NCBI GenBank assembly: GCA_963788195.1
Contig: CAWBGA010000008.1
Span: forward strand, 32,001 to 96,000
Source: Nitrospirota bacterium
GTDB taxonomy: Bacteria; Nitrospirota; Nitrospiria; Nitrospirales; NS-4
Reading direction: 5' to 3'
Length of the DNA stretch: 64,000 nt
In this document: in pieces, positions 21,081-31,460 of the stretch
How positions within the stretch are numbered: the stretch's first letter is position 1
How the letters are laid out: every line of letters begins with the position of its first letter
Position numbers and translations under genes: made by a program
Notes under the pieces: generated by a model
What the model was told of the DNA's origin: nothing
Databases searched by the model: none
Seen by the model: only the letters and a program-made list of their open reading frames with translations

Positions 21081-21186
21081 GGGGGACGGTCCCTCTTTTT
21101 CGTCCAAGAAAAAGGGGACTGTCCCTTATATAGCCAGACTGACGGATCACAGGAGGGCGAGGTTCCGTAGAGGGATCTCGCCCTTC
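21081..21186 (+). terminator. Two hairpins downstream of nxrB (terminator or REP-like)
   Basis: GGGGGACGGTCCCTCTTTTT...AAAAAGGGGACTGTCCCTT (21081-21127) and GAGGGCGAG...CTCGCCCTTC (about 21153-21186). Confidence 0.55.
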
Positions 21187-21353
21187 GTGCTGATTGACGG
21201 GTCATCCACATGATGTGCGTTTCTGAGTTCGCCCTAAACCGGCTACCAGCACTGTCATGTTCTCCCCGTGATATTTCCAGACGGACGGACGGCGCTCTAT
21301 TGGTTCTTGTGTAGGTCCCGCAGAATCCCAAACCTAGCCGGACAGGTAGAACC

Positions 21354-22241
21354 GTGATGCGATATCAGCTTCACACCATGCAAGGCTTGCTTCTGCTTGT
21401 CGCAGTGCTCGTCAGTGAAGCATCGGTGTTCGGAGCGCAGCAGGCCTTCAGGGATGAGCTCGGCCGGCTTATCTATACATTAGATGACGAGGGCACCGTC
21501 ACGATGTACGAGAAAGGCCCCGCGGATCAGACGATTTCCATGTCAACGGGAACGCGGGAGCAAATGCAGCCTCAAGTGACGGACGTTTCGCCGGACAAAG
21601 TAACGCCAGGAACCTTTACGATTCTCAAGATCAGCGGAAAGAATCTCGTGGGTGCGAAAGCAAAGTTCAGCGTTCCGGACATAGAAGTCAACCCTCACAG
21701 CGGCAAGCCCGATAGTATCGATCTTCCCATCCGAATCCCTGCGACCGTCCCTGCTGGCGAGGTCATGGTTGAATTGACAACTCCCATAGGCACAACAAAG
21801 ACCAACATCAAGATCTCGGATTTGCAATTCGGCGGCTTCGGCTCTGCAAGACACGAGAAGCAGACCTTTACCACCTCTGCGCCCTCCTCCTGTCCTCAGG
21901 GGATGATCGGCGTTGCCTATGAACTGGGTGGCTTCTGTATTGAGATGGACCGCAGCTTCACAGGAGATTACCGGAAAGCCGAAAAGGCCTGCGGGGCTGA
22001 GGGACGACGGTTGTGTCAGGCTTCGGAATGGCAGTTGGCCTGCGAGCAAGGCATGGCAGGCAAGCTTCCCGTGAAGAATATGACCGGCCAGGGGGAATGG
22101 ACCGGCTCATGGGAGTCGACTGATTCTCCGGTGGGAGAGTCGCTCCTCCATTCCGTTGTATTAGGTAGAGACGACTGTAGCACGAAACTCACCATACCCT
22201 CCGGAAAACCAGGATCCTTTGCCGGGCGCTGCTGCAAGTAG
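21354..22241 (+). CDS. Exported protein with an IPT/TIG-like domain and a Cys-rich FGE/C-type-lectin-like C-terminal domain
   Basis: Signal peptide, PQVTDVSPD..TPG...LKISGKNL, then CPQGM...FCIE...AEKAC...RRLC..SEW..AC...EWT...RCCK. Confidence 0.6.
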   Translation: MMRYQLHTMQGLLLLVAVLVSEASVFGAQQAFRDELGRLIYTLDDEGTVTMYEKGPADQTISMSTGTREQMQPQVTDVSPDKVTPGTFTILKISGKNLVGAKAKFSVPDIEVNPHSGKPDSIDLPIRIPATVPAGEVMVELTTPIGTTKTNIKISDLQFGGFGSARHEKQTFTTSAPSSCPQGMIGVAYELGGFCIEMDRSFTGDYRKAEKACGAEGRRLCQASEWQLACEQGMAGKLPVKNMTGQGEWTGSWESTDSPVGESLLHSVVLGRDDCSTKLTIPSGKPGSFAGRCCK

Positions 22242-22356
22242 CCCCCGGTCTTGACTCAACTCAAAGTTCCTTCTCTCTGCTCTTCGTGATAGATTTATGA
22301 TAAGCCGACCTTCCGCTGAACAAGTGTACCGAGGACCGACCACAGGAGGAATTCTA

Positions 22357-22875
22357 ATGAGCATGCGGACAGTAATCCTCGCAGGGCTCGTGGTTGCATC
22401 GCTTCTGGCGGGAAATCTCTTCGTTGAGGCCGCGCCGGCGAAGAAATTCAGGGTGCAAGTGAATATCAACGGCCAGGAAGACGTGAAGGGAAGTCTTGCA
22501 AAGCTCGTGCAAGAAGAGTTCGCCCCAATTACGGATGTGGAGCTGGTGACGGAGAAGCCGGAGTTCTCGCTCGAACTCATCGGTGTGGCCCCCCGCAATG
22601 AGAAGAAGGAGCCCGTAGTGTTTCTCGTATCGATTCTCGGCTTGCAGCACTTTTCCAAGGAGTACTGGAACAGCGTATACACGACCGTGTCGGAAGGCGT
22701 TCCGCAACGCCAGTCTGCGCAGATTGAAAAAGCCAAGCAGTCTCTCCTGACCGCCACGAAAGATCTGGTTCGCAGGCAGTCCTACTATGTCGAGGGGGGC
22801 AATGACTTGCGCGAGATCGCCAAAAAAATTGTTGCCGCCTTCCGTGATCAACTCGACCCTCATCGAAAGAAATAG
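22357..22875 (+). CDS. Exported hypothetical protein
   Basis: GGAGG RBS before ATG 22357 and a signal peptide ending VEA. Confidence 0.7.
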   Translation: MSMRTVILAGLVVASLLAGNLFVEAAPAKKFRVQVNINGQEDVKGSLAKLVQEEFAPITDVELVTEKPEFSLELIGVAPRNEKKEPVVFLVSILGLQHFSKEYWNSVYTTVSEGVPQRQSAQIEKAKQSLLTATKDLVRRQSYYVEGGNDLREIAKKIVAAFRDQLDPHRKK

Positions 22876-22882
22876 CTCTGGC

Positions 22883-23674
22883 ATGCGATTCTTAGCCCCT
22901 TTGCTTTGCATGGGTGTACTTATCGGCACCCTCGCCCTGGCCGACCCATACGGCCCTCCGCATGCGGTGACCGACATGGCGCCGTACTGCGCAAGCTGTC
23001 ACGCCTCTACGAGCCTGGCGCAATTGTCGGACCTGCGTCCCGAGGCTGCTGTGTTGGAAACTATCGAAGAAAAACATTTGAAGCACATTAAAAACGGAGC
23101 CGCCTATAAAGACTTGACTCGGACTGAGGCAGAAACCCTTCTTAAGGCAGTCCAGTGGACCGACGAAAATGCCACGGTGACCATTCATGTCACCAACCTG
23201 GCTAAGCGCAATAGCCGCGTTGAAGTGACCGTCACCACCAGGGGAGGCTCAGGCCCAGTGATCGGCGTATCATTGGTGGATAGTATTTTGCGGTTCCAAG
23301 CCCGCCCGATCGGCTCGAGCGGCTTCGTAGTCCTTGGCCCTCCCCTGGTCGTCGGCCCCGATCGCAAGACGCAATCGGCCTGGATTGATCGTAGGGCGAG
23401 GGGTTCTGACTTGGGTCTGAGTACAATCATGATCACAGGAGTCAAGGGCGATGCCGTTACCCAACAAGTCAGTGAGACTCGCACGACTTGGACCCTTCGG
23501 GCACCGCCCGAGCCCGGGACATACGCCATCGCCGCCGCATTTTATTATGGAACGGAAAAATCGCATCCGTTGGGTACTGTGATGCAAGACGGCCGCGTCA
23601 TACCCAGAGGCGGCGTGAGCGGAGCAAGCGGCAGAGTCATGTTTTCTCAACTTGTAAAAATCAGTATCAACTAA
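22883..23674 (+). CDS. Putative periplasmic monoheme c-type cytochrome with a beta-rich C-terminal domain
   Basis: Signal peptide MRFLAPLL...ALA and a single CASCH motif. Confidence 0.65.
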   Translation: MRFLAPLLCMGVLIGTLALADPYGPPHAVTDMAPYCASCHASTSLAQLSDLRPEAAVLETIEEKHLKHIKNGAAYKDLTRTEAETLLKAVQWTDENATVTIHVTNLAKRNSRVEVTVTTRGGSGPVIGVSLVDSILRFQARPIGSSGFVVLGPPLVVGPDRKTQSAWIDRRARGSDLGLSTIMITGVKGDAVTQQVSETRTTWTLRAPPEPGTYAIAAAFYYGTEKSHPLGTVMQDGRVIPRGGVSGASGRVMFSQLVKISIN

Positions 23675-23725
23675 TACGACTTCTCGCTCCTATGAGGATC
23701 GCAAACGGGTTTGCTTGGCACCTCT

Positions 23726-23750
23726 CCGTTCGCCTGAGCTTGTCGAAGGG
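23726..23750. repeat. Single arm of REP-like family A
   Basis: CCGTTCGCCTGAGCTTGTCGAAGGG, near-identical to 3506-3531. Confidence 0.65.
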
Positions 23751-23791
23751 CTCTTAATAGGGTCACCACGAGCGATTGACTGATAAACGCC

Positions 23792-24475
23792 ATGGCGTTA
23801 TCGTCCGACATGCTACCGTATCGAAAACCTGAGCTCGGCAAAGATTATTGGGTCAAGGACAATATTCTGCCCAATGCCTTGGAGATCGCCGAGCGGTGCT
23901 TCAACAAGTCCTCTTGGACGTTGGGCGCTCCTCTTCGGCATGAAGCATGGCCCGGGATGCGCGCTCCAGGCGCGCTCTTGCCCCACGAACTGGCTTCGAT
24001 CGAAGCGTGGGTCACGGCCCAAATCGGAGTGCGAGCCCTACGTTCCCAGCAGGACCCTGTTGAAGGCGTATCGGGGCACAATCACGTCCAAATCGTGGCG
24101 GGCGGTGACGCCGTGGCTCGTCCTCACGTGGATTCCAGCCAACTTTGTGATTACGCGGGGGTACTCTATCTGCATCCATATCCCCCGACCAAACACGCCG
24201 GCACCTCCTTCTTTCGTCTGAAACTTTCTGACGGTAGCCTCGGAGGCAACATCTGTCCGCCGCCGTATCATAGCCTCATCCAAGTCCCGGGCTTAGAGAA
24301 GGGCTCTGACTTGACCATGTGGGAAGAGGACGTCGAGGTGCCGTACGTCTTCAATCGCCTGCTGATCTACAAGTCAGACATCGTTCACTCTGCCACATCG
24401 TACTTCGGCTGGCATCATGAGCTGGGGTCACAGCGGATTGCTGTGGTGTTCTTCTGGAAGACGGTGCCGAGGTGA
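23792..24475 (+). CDS. 2OG-Fe(II) oxygenase-like protein (DUF6445-like)
   Basis: [28 protein letters not shown]...HSA...R give the HxD...H facial triad. Confidence 0.7.
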   Translation: MALSSDMLPYRKPELGKDYWVKDNILPNALEIAERCFNKSSWTLGAPLRHEAWPGMRAPGALLPHELASIEAWVTAQIGVRALRSQQDPVEGVSGHNHVQIVAGGDAVARPHVDSSQLCDYAGVLYLHPYPPTKHAGTSFFRLKLSDGSLGGNICPPPYHSLIQVPGLEKGSDLTMWEEDVEVPYVFNRLLIYKSDIVHSATSYFGWHHELGSQRIAVVFFWKTVPR

Positions 24476-25522
24476 TTGATCTCCGCAGCGATACCGTCAC
24501 CAAGCCTTCTGCCGGGATGCGCGAGGCGATAGCGCGAGCGGAAGTCGGCGATGACGTCTTCGGTGAAGACCCCACAGTGAATCGATTGCAGGAAATGGCG
24601 GCGGGTTTATTGGGCAAAGAAGCGGCGCTGTTCGTGCCGTCCGGCACGATGGCAAACCAGCTTGCAGTACGTCTGCACATCAAACCCCGGCGATGAGATG
24701 ATCGTGGAGGCCGGATCGCACGTGGTCCGCTACGAGAGCGGAGCCGCTGCGGGTTTGTCGGGCGTTCAGACCTGCTGGCTACCCGGCAACCGGGGCATTC
24801 TTGAAGCCGAACAGATCGAGGCCGCGATCCGGCCCTGCGATTACCATAATCCGCCCACTACCCTGATCTGCCTGGAGAATACGCACAATCGCGGTGGAGG
24901 CTCGATTTACCCGCTCGCTACGATCGCGGCGATTCGGAAAATCGCCGACGCCCGTGGGATCGCTATGCATTTAGATGGCGCCCGTCTGTTTAACGCCGTC
25001 GTCGCGACCGGCATTCCGGCCGCCGAATATGCCCGGTCCTTTGAGACCGTCTCCTTCTGTTTATCGAAAGGGCTTGGCGCACCGGTAGGCTCGTTGATCT
25101 GCTCTGACGCCAGCCGCATCGGTAAACTCCGCCGGTTGCGAAAAATGTTTGGCGGCGGCATGCGCCAAGTGGGAATTATCGCGGCGGCGGGCCTCTACGC
25201 GCTCGAACACAATATCCAGCGGCTCGCGGAGGACCATCGTCATGCGAAACAACTCGCCGATGCGCTCGTCGGACTGCCGGGCGTGCGGATCACACCCGAG
25301 CATGTCGAGACCAACATCGTGGTGTTCGATATCAGTGAGACCTGGGGCACGGCTGAGGATGTGCTGGGCAGACTGAAGGCTGAAGGCCTCTTACTCGTAT
25401 CCTTTGGCCCCACGACCCTTCGCGCGGTGACGCACCTGGACGTTCCAACCAGTCAGATTGAGCAAGCCTGCGCCATCCTGAAGAAGGTCTTCACGCTCAT
25501 CTTTAACCGCTCATCTCTCTGA
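24472..25522 (+). CDS. ltaE: Low-specificity L-threonine aldolase; +1 frameshift in the C-run at 24685-24688
   Basis: [20 protein letters not shown] and PSGTMAN, then LENTHN, HLDGAR and CLSKGLGAP in the next frame. Confidence 0.92.
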
Positions 25523-27929
25523 GGTTGTGAGCCGACACCGGCCGGTGAAAACCCTTGAGGTTTAGATCGCCAAGTGGTTCGGTACGGACGAGAGCTTCGA
25601 CGAGTTGCAACAGACGACCGGACACAAGAATTTGGCCGTCCTTCGCCTCACTACAAAGCCGGGCTGCAAGGTTGGTGACGGGCCCGATCGCAGCATAGTC
25701 CTTCCGTTCTTCGAATCCGATGACTCCTAATGTGGCATACCCCGTTGCGCCGCCAAGTCCTACGCCGAGATCGATCCCCCTCTTCCGCCATTGTACTTGC
25801 AATTCCGCAATACGATTTCGGATCGCGATTGCCATCCTTACTGCTTGTTCGGCATGGTTCGGAACTGGGACGGGGTCATTGAAAAATACCATTATGGCAT
25901 CGCCTGAGAACCTCTCCAATGTCCCGTTGTACTGGGCGATCAACGGTCCGATTTCAGTTTGGTATTGCCGAAGCACTGTCATCAGGTCTTCCGGGTCTGC
26001 TGTATCAGAAAAAGCCGTGAATCCCCGAAGATCTACGAAAATCACTGTGATTTCTGTTCGATGACCACTTAGAAAATCTTCACGTTCTCCTGAAATGATC
26101 ATGTCAGCGAGATGGCGCGGCAGGAATCTCGCCATCTTGTCCTTCTGCAGCTCAGTAAGCTGCCGTTCCTGGGCGCGTACCCGGATAAGGCTCTTGACAC
26201 GCGCCAGCAGCTCATTCTCATCGAACGGCTTCGCCAGATAATCATCGGCTCCGGCGTCAAGACTTTCGACCCGTGCCTCCGTACCTGCCCGGGCAGTGAT
26301 GAAAATCAACGGCGTCGAACGAAGGTCCTTCTCCTCGCGAACCGCCTTCAGCAGATCGGGACCGCTCATCCGAGGCATCATGACATCGGTAAGGATCAAC
26401 TCCGGACGTAACGTTTTTGCCTGATCGAGCGCTTCCACTCCGTCCTTGGCCAGTACTACCCGATAATCTATACTCAGCACGCGTTCCAAATAGCGGCGCA
26501 TGTCGGCATTATCGTCGGCAACGAGTACCAACGGACGGGTATCGGACGGTGAGGGTGTCAAGACCGTGCGTGACTCTTTTGCGCTCTCGGGGAAGACTGG
26601 AATCAACATGTCGTCCTGTTCAACCTCAGCAAGATTACCAGGCGTTATGGAGCCCCGGGGCAGCGTGACGGTAAAGATTGTGCCCTGGCCGACCTCGCTC
26701 TCGACCGTCACGGTCCCGCCGTGAAGCATGACAATTTCCTTTACCAGGGCTAACCCTATTCCACTACCCTCATACCTCCGGGTGGCGCTTCCTTCGACCT
26801 GCGTGAAGCGGTCGAAAATCCGGTCCAACTGATCGCGGGGTATACCTATCCCATTGTCTTCAATCTCAAGTTCCACTGAGTCCGGCTTAGCGTTCAGCCT
26901 TATCCAGACCTGGCAGAGATCGGGATCGCTGAATTTGAACGCGTTGGAGAGAAGGTTGTACAGGACTTTCTTCATCTGGACAGGGTCGACTTCAATCCCA
27001 ATCGGCTCGGTCATTCCTTTCAGATGGACCCGGCTTTTTTGACTTGACTCGAAATTCGCAGCAACACTTCGGACAAGGACGGCAAAGTCTATACAACGTT
27101 TGCTTAATTGGCGTCGGCCGCTGTCATATTTCGCAAGGTCCAACAGTTCATTAATGAGAATCAGCACACGCGAGGTGTTTCGTAAACCCGTCTGAATTGA
27201 GTCCCGGCACGCAGGCTCCGGAGCCACTTTCAGAAGCGATTTAAACGCTCCCAGGGTCAAGGTCAGAGGGGTCCGAAGCTCGTGACTTACATTAGCAAAG
27301 AACTCCCCCTTCAATCGGTCCAGCTCGAGGAGTTTGCTATTAGAGGTCTCCAGCTCTTGACGCGCTGCGCGCTCTGACACTCGCGCATCAAACTCAGCGC
27401 GTTGTAATCGCTCATAGAGGTAGACCGAGAAGAGCAGGGCAACGGACGTCCAGATTAGAAAGAAGGAATTTTCTATTGCTGCGTTCAGATCAGCAGGCGT
27501 GGTGGGTCTTATAAAGTTGACGCCATAGTAGCAAGCAAGCGTCACGCCTTGGGCGACCATATGGCTTCTCCAGGAGACGGGGACAATCACCGCAGCTGCG
27601 AGAAACACCAGATTTAGGCCGTTGTAGTACTGGGACGTGAATCCACCCAACAAGACGGTCATCTGGACAATGCAAAGGTTGCCGATGAGGATCCATGCCA
27701 CCAACAACGCCTTGGGAGAAAGCCATTGACGCTTGAGGCACAAAAAACCGATCGCGAGCCCAAGTTCCAGCACCATTCGGATGATGAGAAGCTCTTGAAA
27801 ATGCGTGCGATACAGAAGAGCGTCTGCTGCGAGGAAAACCGGATTCGCGATAAGTCCCAGATAGTACAAAACGTGGAGACGGTCTCTGGCAAACCCCTTC
27901 ACGAAGCCTTCGTACGTCTGGTGGCTCAT
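25503..27929 (-). CDS. Membrane hybrid: histidine kinase, receiver and class III nucleotide cyclase
   Basis: About six TM segments, SHELRTPL, NLLSNAFKF, DNGIG, GSGIGL, REC (LVADDN, LTDVMMP, AKP) and cyclase (FVDLRGFT, GDAIM, NLAARL). ATG 27929 overlaps the upstream stop. Confidence 0.9.
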   Translation of the reverse strand: MSHQTYEGFVKGFARDRLHVLYYLGLIANPVFLAADALLYRTHFQELLIIRMVLELGLAIGFLCLKRQWLSPKALLVAWILIGNLCIVQMTVLLGGFTSQYYNGLNLVFLAAAVIVPVSWRSHMVAQGVTLACYYGVNFIRPTTPADLNAAIENSFFLIWTSVALLFSVYLYERLQRAEFDARVSERAARQELETSNSKLLELDRLKGEFFANVSHELRTPLTLTLGAFKSLLKVAPEPACRDSIQTGLRNTSRVLILINELLDLAKYDSGRRQLSKRCIDFAVLVRSVAANFESSQKSRVHLKGMTEPIGIEVDPVQMKKVLYNLLSNAFKFSDPDLCQVWIRLNAKPDSVELEIEDNGIGIPRDQLDRIFDRFTQVEGSATRRYEGSGIGLALVKEIVMLHGGTVTVESEVGQGTIFTVTLPRGSITPGNLAEVEQDDMLIPVFPESAKESRTVLTPSPSDTRPLVLVADDNADMRRYLERVLSIDYRVVLAKDGVEALDQAKTLRPELILTDVMMPRMSGPDLLKAVREEKDLRSTPLIFITARAGTEARVESLDAGADDYLAKPFDENELLARVKSLIRVRAQERQLTELQKDKMARFLPRHLADMIISGEREDFLSGHRTEITVIFVDLRGFTAFSDTADPEDLMTVLRQYQTEIGPLIAQYNGTLERFSGDAIMVFFNDPVPVPNHAEQAVRMAIAIRNRIAELQVQWRKRGIDLGVGLGGATGYATLGVIGFEERKDYAAIGPVTNLAARLCSEAKDGQILVSGRLLQLVEALVRTEPLGDLNLKGFHRPVSAHNLREMSG

Positions 27930-29137
27930 GCCCGCACATAGATGGGGTTGGCAAAAATCCAGGGCCGCCACCGGTCCACCACCCTGAGGGACACTTCGAC
28001 TCGGTACACTCCGGGGCGGTCGACGCCGTGCCGCAAAAGCCTTCCATGCTCACGGCGGATCGGGACCCCATCACGCAGGAGGATGATCGCCGCAGGGATC
28101 GGACTTTGCACTTCGAGGACCAGCCCAGGTTCCATTTTGAGCGCCTCCCCCATAAGAGCTCTTTGCGCACCGGTCGAAATTTGACGGGCTCTGAACTGAA
28201 ATCCGCTGGCGTCTGCCAATAAACCGAATGAGGCGAAGCACCGCCCCTCCCGGATGCCTGCGATGATGTTGTCTTCCGTCAATGAGGCCGCAAGCACGTG
28301 CATGTTTAACGTCCGGAAGATCAAATCATACCGGTCGATTTGGCGACCGAAAGCCCTGAGGTTTTGATGGGCGTCATTGCCGACAATGCCGACCACCCGT
28401 CGGTTCCTGGTCAACGAGTCCCACTGGACCAGCGGCCAGTTCATCCTTTCCACCAGCGGTAACATAAATTCTTCCGGATATTCGGCAGCGAACAGTGCAA
28501 ATTCCAACAATATCCGCGGCGCATCGATGATTTTCTCCCGCAGCGCGTCGGCGATGTCATAAATCTCCATGCCGTCTGCCGCCTGAAAATACTCGAGATT
28601 CGGCAAACCACGTGGGTGCGCAATGACAGAGAGTCCACCTTGCGCTCGCACGGTTGCAAACAACTTCTCAAAATCCCAGGCATTCCCCTCGTCCGGGACA
28701 ATAGAGTCTCGGAAACCGAACACCAAGACCGACCCGCACCGCCGTGTGACACCTGCCGCCTCCGTACATCCGGCCGCAATTTCCACCCCACGAATCACGA
28801 GTACTGAGTCGTGAAGACCCTGGATGCCCTCGCTATAGATCTTAGGCGTGTAATGATCAGTCGTGATCAGAAACTGGAGCCGAGCCGCGCGCGAAGCCTC
28901 GAGGATCTGCGCGGTCGTGCCGTGACTGTCATCCGAGAGACCGGTATGGGCGTGAATAACACCCCGGAATTCCTGCAATCCCTCAAGCGGAGAGAGCACC
29001 ATTCGTTGTCGACGCAGCTCGGCGAGGGCCTCTCGAACTGTCTGGAGCGATGACGTGGGGGTGTAAGCGAAGGCAGCCCACAGTGAACTGATACCAAGCG
29101 CCATTGCGGCCTGGAGCAGTCGGCGTCGGGTCCACAC
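27926..29137 (-). CDS. PHP-domain metallo-phosphoesterase-like protein with a Tat-like signal
   Basis: TRRRLL signal, then IHAHT, TTDH, GVE, IAHP and GNDAH motifs. Confidence 0.8.
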   Translation of the reverse strand: MWTRRRLLQAAMALGISSLWAAFAYTPTSSLQTVREALAELRRQRMVLSPLEGLQEFRGVIHAHTGLSDDSHGTTAQILEASRAARLQFLITTDHYTPKIYSEGIQGLHDSVLVIRGVEIAAGCTEAAGVTRRCGSVLVFGFRDSIVPDEGNAWDFEKLFATVRAQGGLSVIAHPRGLPNLEYFQAADGMEIYDIADALREKIIDAPRILLEFALFAAEYPEEFMLPLVERMNWPLVQWDSLTRNRRVVGIVGNDAHQNLRAFGRQIDRYDLIFRTLNMHVLAASLTEDNIIAGIREGRCFASFGLLADASGFQFRARQISTGAQRALMGEALKMEPGLVLEVQSPIPAAIILLRDGVPIRREHGRLLRHGVDRPGVYRVEVSLRVVDRWRPWIFANPIYVRA

Positions 29138-29231
29138 GGAGGCAAACCTTAACAGATCGGCATCATGCCTTCAACGTCTCTGCAGCTAACTTTCTGCCAC
29201 TTGTCACGGGCATTGCTGATAAAATGCCTGA

Positions 29232-29573
29232 ATGGCTTCCCCCTCGGTATCAGCCACAGAGATTCGCGCTTCATTGGAAGCGGTCTTTCGCGAGCGCATC
29301 GCCATTTTTTACCGCGCCTTACAGGTGACGCCGCCCTATCACAGCGTGGAAAAGGCCATTCTTGCCCTGCGGGAGGGAATGTCGGCACTAGAGTTACCAG
29401 CTTTACAGAGACTCTGGGTCGATGAAGCATCCCTCGGCGCGCTGTTCGCACGCATCGTGCGTGACTCAGGCTTGGCACAGAAGCACAGGGGAATCATTCA
29501 GGGCTTACTGCGGAATCGTCAGATTGAGCTTCCGCAGGAATGCCGGTCTTTTGAAGACGCATACCGAAGTTAA
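29232..29573 (+). CDS. Hypothetical protein
   Basis: 113-aa helical-looking ORF filling the gap between genes. Confidence 0.55.
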   Translation: MASPSVSATEIRASLEAVFRERIAIFYRALQVTPPYHSVEKAILALREGMSALELPALQRLWVDEASLGALFARIVRDSGLAQKHRGIIQGLLRNRQIELPQECRSFEDAYRS

Positions 29574-29581
29574 ATGGTTGG

Positions 29582-30184
29582 TTACTCGATGTGAGGAGCG
29601 CCCAACGCGGAGCGCAGCTCATCGTATACCACCATCAGCCGCTTATCTTCCAGCCAATAGGCGGCGACCACCACAAGAAGTCCAAACAGGAAGACAAGCA
29701 ATCCTAGACCACCTAGCGCGGCGGCAAGCAATGCGCCAGATGCCGACGCAAACCCGCCGGCTTGAGCATAGGAAACGAGATAGGCGATCAAGCCTCCGGC
29801 TACTGTGAGAAACCACAGGAAGGTCAGAATCGCCGAGGACCAGGGTATACGCTTGACCAATTGAATCTCAGCGTTGTCTTTAAGACTGTCGTAATAGACT
29901 ACGCCGTTCAGCGGCCAGGCTGTTCGGAAGCCGATCCCAAATCGTTTCAATTCAGGCAGGAGCATGATGGCATGATGTTCGGGGTACTGCTGGGCCACGC
30001 CATGGCCTAAGAGAAGACGCCCATCGGTCCCAAAGTCGCAAGGAGTAAGTCGAAGACAATCTTGCTGGCGGGCGATCGCGAGCCCGTAGCCAAGAGCGGT
30101 ATGGCTGACGCGAGTAAATGCGCGCCAGTCTGCAATCACGAACCCAACAATGATCACCGCTCCCAAGAGAACGACGGCCTGCAT
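29582..30184 (-). CDS. Hypothetical membrane protein
   Basis: One N-terminal and two C-terminal hydrophobic segments. Confidence 0.7.
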   Translation of the reverse strand: MQAVVLLGAVIIVGFVIADWRAFTRVSHTALGYGLAIARQQDCLRLTPCDFGTDGRLLLGHGVAQQYPEHHAIMLLPELKRFGIGFRTAWPLNGVVYYDSLKDNAEIQLVKRIPWSSAILTFLWFLTVAGGLIAYLVSYAQAGGFASASGALLAAALGGLGLLVFLFGLLVVVAAYWLEDKRLMVVYDELRSALGAPHIE

Positions 30185-30221
30185 GATGCGATGCTACCAT
30201 AACCGCTCGGAAGCATCTCAC

Positions 30222-30405
30222 CCACCCTGCCCTGAAATCATTTCGACCCCTTGCAAGTGAGGGCAAGGGGTGCCCCGGACAGATTTCTTTACCCTAGGCA
30301 CCCCGCCATTACACTCAACCCGCCCCCGAGCACGCCAAGACGCGCTCTTTCTCCCGTGACACCCGCCCTGCCCCTAGCGCGCCAAGACGCGCTCTTTCTC
30401 CCATG
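30222..30405. repeat. Modular intergenic repeat cluster (family B)
   Basis: CCGGACAGATTTCTTT plus two copies of CGCCAAGACGCGCTCTTTCTCCC (near 30333 and 30379). Confidence 0.7.
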
Positions 30406-30499
30406 GCCTGGAGTTATTTCGACGCCTTGCAAATGAAGGTAAGGGCCCCCATGGAGAGACCGCCCCGCACGCCTAAGAAATGTTAACTCTTTTGAAATC

Positions 30500-30529
30500 T
30501 TGACAAATATTAGCGCCCTTCGTTAGAGT
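30500..30529 (+). promoter_or_regulatory. Candidate sigma-70 promoter
   Basis: TTGACA-N18-TAGAGT upstream of the methyltransferase. Confidence 0.5.
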
Positions 30530-30651
30530 TGCGTCTGTTTGTCTCACGGAACGTCCACGCGAGCCGCGAGTCCCTGCCACACGGAAGCGTCGGCCTAATA
30601 GAACAGATCGGGCTAAACTCGTGGAATTTAGACCTATGGGTATGAGGCTCC

Positions 30652-31326
30652 ATGGACGCAGCTAAAGTTGAACGAGTCTATTCTAGCTACGCGAAGGTAT
30701 ACGACCATATTTTCGGCAAGATTTTCCATGACGGGCGGGAACACGCCGTCCGTCATTTGGATCTGTCCCCTGGTGATCGGATTCTGGAAGTCGGAGTCGG
30801 GACTGGCTTAGCGCTGCCCTTCTATCCGCGTTCCTGCGAGATCGTAGGGATTGACCTGTCAGACGGCATGTTAGACAAGTGCAGGGAACGACTTGAGTTG
30901 TACCGGCTGAGGCATGTCAAGGTGATGCGGATGGACGCCGGGGCCATGGAATTTGCGGACGACAGTTTTGACGCCGTCATGGCGGCCTATGTTGTTACTG
31001 CGGTACCGGATTATCGGAAGGTCATGCTGGAGATGATCAGGGTATGCAAGCCGGGTGGACGAATCATCCTTTTGAACCACTTCAGCAATGGCAATCCAGT
31101 GATCGCCGCGATCGAGAAAGTGATCTCCCCCCTCTGCAAGCAACTCGGCTGGAGAACCGATCTTTCCCTGGCATCAGTGCTCGACGGCACACGTTTAATG
31201 GTCGTCCATAAGCAAAAGGTCAACCCATTCCGGATATGGCATCTGGTAAAGTGCGTGAATCATAAGCCTATGAACGGAAACGGCCAGTCGTTCGCCTCAA
31301 AAAGCTTTGATTTGACTCATTCTTAG
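30652..31326 (+). CDS. Class I SAM methyltransferase, phospholipid N-methyltransferase (PmtA)-like
   Basis: YAKVYDHIFG, ILEVGVGTG, GIDLS, MDA, RVCKPGG and LNHF. Confidence 0.8.
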   Translation: MDAAKVERVYSSYAKVYDHIFGKIFHDGREHAVRHLDLSPGDRILEVGVGTGLALPFYPRSCEIVGIDLSDGMLDKCRERLELYRLRHVKVMRMDAGAMEFADDSFDAVMAAYVVTAVPDYRKVMLEMIRVCKPGGRIILLNHFSNGNPVIAAIEKVISPLCKQLGWRTDLSLASVLDGTRLMVVHKQKVNPFRIWHLVKCVNHKPMNGNGQSFASKSFDLTHS

Positions 31327-31460
31327 ATTTCCCGTATATTGCAGGTCGCTTACCGGTTCGTCCTCAGGATTTCCTGCCAGGGTAGTATCCGGTTCCAACA
31401 AAAGAAACTTATAACCTGATCCGTACAGTCGAAAGGCCTGTATATGCACAAGGAGACACA

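Noticed and set aside
19809..21107. 432-aa antisense ORF over nxrB
   Set aside because: Shadow frame caused by codon bias; low-complexity Arg/His/Pro translation with no motifs.
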